The notes beneath the pieces were generated by a model. The model was given only the letters and a program-made list of their open reading frames with translations, had not been told where the DNA came from and did no database searches. Positions 54,894-58,036 of a stretch of 58,036 bases of DNA are shown here, one piece after another; positions within the stretch are counted from its first letter, which is position 1; each line of letters starts with the position of its first letter. The position numbers were made by a program, and so were the translations under genes. Location: NCBI GenBank assembly GCA_045602885.1, contig JAZSCJ010000022.1:1-58036 (forward strand). Direction: 5' to 3'. The DNA is from Oscillospiraceae bacterium (GTDB lineage Bacteria > Bacillota > Clostridia > Oscillospirales > Oscillospiraceae).

Positions 54894-56264
54894 ATGGCAC
54901 GAAGTATGACGCAGGGCAAGGAATGGAAACAGATCCTGCTGTTTTCCCTGCCTTTGTTCGCGGGGAATCTTCTGCAGCAGCTGTATAACGCGGTGGATGG
55001 CATCGTGGTGGGCAATTTTGCCGCCGACACGGAGAACGCCCTGTCCGCGGTGGGTACCTGCGCGCCGGTGACCATGGTCTTTCTGGCCTTTGCCATCGGT
55101 ATGTCGGGCGGCTGTTCGGTACTGATTTCCCAACTGTTCGGTGCGCGGCGCATGGAGGAAATGCGCCAGGCCGTATCCACCGGCTTGATTTTGGTGGGGT
55201 CCATCGGACTGGTGTTCAGCATCGTGGGCGGTATGATCGCCCGGGGTATTCTGACCCATCTGCTCAGCGCGTCGGAAGGCTATCTGGACGCCGCGACCAC
55301 CTATCTGACCATTTTCTGCTTTGGTCTGGTGTTCCAGTTTATCTATAACATCGCTTCCTTTATTTTGCGCTCTCTGGGCGACTCCAAGGCTACGCTGTAC
55401 TTTCTGCTGATCTCCTCGGTGGTCAACATTCTGCTGGACCTGCTGTTTGTGGCGGTGTTCCATTGGGACGTGCCCGGCGTGGCGGTGGCCACCACGCTGG
55501 CTCAGATGGTGTCGGCCGTAGTCGCCGTGGTCTATATGTTCCGCAAATATCCCGTCCTGCGCTTTTCCAAGGGCGAGTTCCGCTTCCATAAGGACAAGGC
55601 GCTGCTGGCGCTGCGTCTGGGTATCCCACACACCATCCAGATGGTGGTGGTGTCCGCCAGCGGCATGGCGGTGCAGCGTGTGGTCAACGACTTTGAGTTG
55701 ACGGCCGGCTATACCGCCGCCATGCGTGTGGAGAATTTCGTCGCCACACTGCCCCTGTCGGCCAACGTAGCCATGGTGACCTTCACCGGGCAGAACATCG
55801 GCGCGGGCAAGCTGGATCGCGTCAAGCGCGGCTTGCACGCCATGTGGCTCATGAGCGCGGGCATCTCGGCCCTTGCCGCCGTGTTGATCAGTCTGTTTGC
55901 CGTTCCTCTGTCCGGCCTGTTCGGCGTGGAGGGCGACGCACTTTGGGTTTCGGTGGAGTACATCCGTGTGGTTTCGCCCGCCATGGTGGCATTTGCGCTG
56001 TATATGGTCACCACCGGTTTGCTGCAGGGCGCGGGTGATGCTATCTTTGCCGCCACAAACAGTCTGATCTGTACCGGCCTGCGGTGCGTCGCGGCCTATG
56101 TGATGGCCTATCTGACCCCCATCGGCGGCGCCGGAATCTGGTATTCGCCCATTGTGGGCTGGTGCGTGGCCTTTTTGCTGGCACTGTGTCGGTATCACTG
56201 GGGCCCCTGGCGCAACAAGGCGCTGACCACCGCCCGGCCCGATTCCAACCAAGCAGGAGGATAA
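54894..56264 (+). CDS. MATE-family efflux transporter (tandem paralog)
   Basis: GKEWKQILLFSLPLFAGNLLQQLYNAVDGIVVG. Collinear similarity to the upstream gene. Confidence 0.87.
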   Translation: MARSMTQGKEWKQILLFSLPLFAGNLLQQLYNAVDGIVVGNFAADTENALSAVGTCAPVTMVFLAFAIGMSGGCSVLISQLFGARRMEEMRQAVSTGLILVGSIGLVFSIVGGMIARGILTHLLSASEGYLDAATTYLTIFCFGLVFQFIYNIASFILRSLGDSKATLYFLLISSVVNILLDLLFVAVFHWDVPGVAVATTLAQMVSAVVAVVYMFRKYPVLRFSKGEFRFHKDKALLALRLGIPHTIQMVVVSASGMAVQRVVNDFELTAGYTAAMRVENFVATLPLSANVAMVTFTGQNIGAGKLDRVKRGLHAMWLMSAGISALAAVLISLFAVPLSGLFGVEGDALWVSVEYIRVVSPAMVAFALYMVTTGLLQGAGDAIFAATNSLICTGLRCVAAYVMAYLTPIGGAGIWYSPIVGWCVAFLLALCRYHWGPWRNKALTTARPDSNQAGG

Positions 56265-56268
56265 TGCC

Positions 56269-56847
56269 TTGTCAAATCACTTTTTCGCGTACATCTCCCG
56301 GATGCGCTACATTGACCGCTGGGCCTTGATGCGTAACTCGCAAAAGGAGAATGTGCAGGAGCACTCCCACATGGTGGCCGTGCTGGCCCATGCGCTGGCG
56401 GTCATTGCCCGGGATGTATATCACAAGCAAATCGACCCCGGCCAGGTGGCCGTGGCGGCGCTGTATCACGACGCGCCCGAGATCCTGACCGGCGATCTGC
56501 CCACCCCGGTCAAGTACTTCAACCCGGACATTCAAGCCGCCTATAAGCAGGTAGAGGCCGTGTCGGCCGACAAGCTGCTGGGTATGCTGCCCGACGAGCT
56601 GCGCCCGGCCTTTACGCCCTATCTGAAAGAAGAACCCGGCCCCATCCACGATCTGGTCAAGGCAGCCGACAAGCTGTCGGCCTATATCAAGTGCCTGGAA
56701 GAGCTCAAAATGGGCAACAACGAGTTCCGCCGGGCGGCCGAGCAGACGCTGGAGCTGATCCGCCGCAGTCCGCTGCCCGAGGTGGATTACTTCATGCAGC
56801 ACTTCCTGCCGGCCTTTGAGCTGACGTTGGACGAATTGAGTACATAA
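56269..56847 (+). CDS. HD-domain 5-prime-deoxynucleotidase, YfbR-like
   Basis: MRYIDRWALMRNSQKENVQEHSHMVA and LYHDAPEILTGDLPTPVK (HD motif). TTG start after GGAGG. Confidence 0.82.
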   Translation: MSNHFFAYISRMRYIDRWALMRNSQKENVQEHSHMVAVLAHALAVIARDVYHKQIDPGQVAVAALYHDAPEILTGDLPTPVKYFNPDIQAAYKQVEAVSADKLLGMLPDELRPAFTPYLKEEPGPIHDLVKAADKLSAYIKCLEELKMGNNEFRRAAEQTLELIRRSPLPEVDYFMQHFLPAFELTLDELST

Positions 56848-56875
56848 ATCGTAACATTTTGAGGAGGAATACCAA

Positions 56876-57145
56876 ATGAAAGCAATCGTAACTGTAATCG
56901 GTAAGGACACCGTGGGCATCATCGCCTTTGTCTGCACCCTGTTGGCCGAACACAACGTCACCGTGCTGGACATCAGCCAGACCATCGTGGACGGATTCTT
57001 CACCATGACCATGCTGGCCGACGTGGAGAAGGCCAACATGCCCTTTGGCGAGCTGGCCGCCCTGCTGGAGGAAGAGGGCAACAAGCGCGCTCTGGCCATC
57101 CGTGCCCAGCGGGAAGATATTTTCAACGCCATGCATCGTGTGTGA
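56876..57145 (+). CDS. ACT-domain protein, UPF0237 family
   Basis: [36 protein letters not shown]. 89 aa, the usual partner of UPF0210. Confidence 0.85.
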   Translation: MKAIVTVIGKDTVGIIAFVCTLLAEHNVTVLDISQTIVDGFFTMTMLADVEKANMPFGELAALLEEEGNKRALAIRAQREDIFNAMHRV

Positions 57146-57156
57146 GGGACGGCAAC

Positions 57157-58036
57157 ATGATTCAGAGAAGTGAAATTTTAGATACCCTTCAGATGATTGA
57201 CCAGCAGCATCTGGATATCCGTACCATCACCATGGGTATCTCCCTGCTGGACTGCTGCGATCCCGACCCGGCCAAGGCCTGCGATAAGATTTACGACAAG
57301 ATCTGCCGCAAGGCGGCCAATCTGGTCCAGACCGGTAGCGATATCGAGCGGGAATTCGGTATCCCCATCGTCAATAAGCGCATCTCGGTCACCCCCATCG
57401 CATTGGTGGCCGGTGCCAGCGACACCAAGGATTACGTTCCCTTCGCCGTGGCGCTGGACAAGGCAGCCAAGGAAACCGGCGTCAACTTCCTGGGCGGCTT
57501 CTCGGCGCTGGTGCAAAAGGGTGCCACTCCGGCCGACAATTATCTCATCGATGCCATTCCCGAGGCGCTGGCCACCACGGAATTTGTCTGCTCCTCGGTC
57601 AACGTGGGATCCACCAAGGCCGACATCAACATGGATGCCGTCGCCCGACTGGGCCGCACCATCAAAACCGCCGCCGAGCGCACCGCCGACCGGGGCGGCT
57701 TTGCCTGTGCCAAGCTGGTGGTGTTTTGCAACGCTGTGGAGGACAACCCCTTCATGGCCGGTGCCTTCCACGGTGTGGGTGAGGGCGACTGCGTCATCAA
57801 CGTGGGCGTGTCCGGCCCCGGTGTGGTCTACCACGCCCTGCAAAACGTCAAGGGCCAGAGCTTTGATGTAGTGGCCGAAACCATCAAAAAGACGGCCGAG
57901 AGAACCGCCGACCGCGGCGGCCTGGGCTGTGCGAAGCTGGTGGTGTTCTGCAACGCCGTGGAGGACAATCCTTTCATGGCAGGCGCATTCCACGGCCCGG
58001 GTGAGGGCGACTGTGCGGTGAGCGTGGGCGTCAGCG
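57157..58036 (+). CDS. UPF0210 (DUF711) family protein, 3-prime truncated by the window edge
   Basis: An ORF open to the window end: [33 protein letters not shown]... GFSALVQKG ... [23 protein letters not shown]. It is not in the supplied track. Confidence 0.85.
   Translation, partial: MIQRSEILDTLQMIDQQHLDIRTITMGISLLDCCDPDPAKACDKIYDKICRKAANLVQTGSDIEREFGIPIVNKRISVTPIALVAGASDTKDYVPFAVALDKAAKETGVNFLGGFSALVQKGATPADNYLIDAIPEALATTEFVCSSVNVGSTKADINMDAVARLGRTIKTAAERTADRGGFACAKLVVFCNAVEDNPFMAGAFHGVGEGDCVINVGVSGPGVVYHALQNVKGQSFDVVAETIKKTAERTADRGGLGCAKLVVFCNAVEDNPFMAGAFHGPGEGDCAVSVGVS
57658..58036 (+). repeat. Diverged in-frame tandem duplication (period 222 nt) inside the UPF0210 gene
   Basis: [52 protein letters not shown] at 57658 recurs as [52 protein letters not shown] from 57880. 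Confidence 0.7.

Overview
This is a 58-kb chromosomal window from a GC-rich, Gram-positive-type anaerobe. GGAGG-type RBSs, Rex, an SLH protein, HydE/HydF-family genes and PBSX-like genes point to Clostridia (Oscillospiraceae/Ruminococcaceae-like); that lineage call is an inference. I saw no rRNA, CRISPR array, transposase or integrase. Most of the window is housekeeping and transport. It carries rnr, nhaC, a VanW protein, an ASKHA/2Fe-2S protein, rex, two Fe-S aldo/keto reductases and a liv-type ABC importer with an adjacent binding-protein-coupled two-component system. It also carries an APC permease, pdxK, asnS, mtaB, two MATE pumps, three tRNAs and a UPF0237/UPF0210 pair. Two regions stand out. 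(1) 2.8-15.7 kb holds a tightly coupled, apparently intact 12.8-kb PBSX-like head-plus-contractile-tail cluster running from terS to an XkdU-like baseplate gene. It has an A7 -1 frameshift chaperone pair and only a 171-aa gene in the tape-measure slot. It has no integrase, repressor, replication, fibre or lysis genes and is bracketed by host terminators, so it is a candidate domesticated GTA/PBSX-type particle locus. (2) 36.6-45.8 kb is a single 9-gene operon. It combines a nitrogenase-like NifH/D/K trio, HydE- and HydF-family maturases, an Fe-chelate/B12-type ABC importer and two TM1266-like ACT domains, one of them fused to the ABC ATPase. An internal terminator/attenuator sits in front of the transporter genes. 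I know of no characterised system with this composition. Many long ORFs in the supplied track are antisense shadow ORFs typical of GC-rich DNA and were not called.
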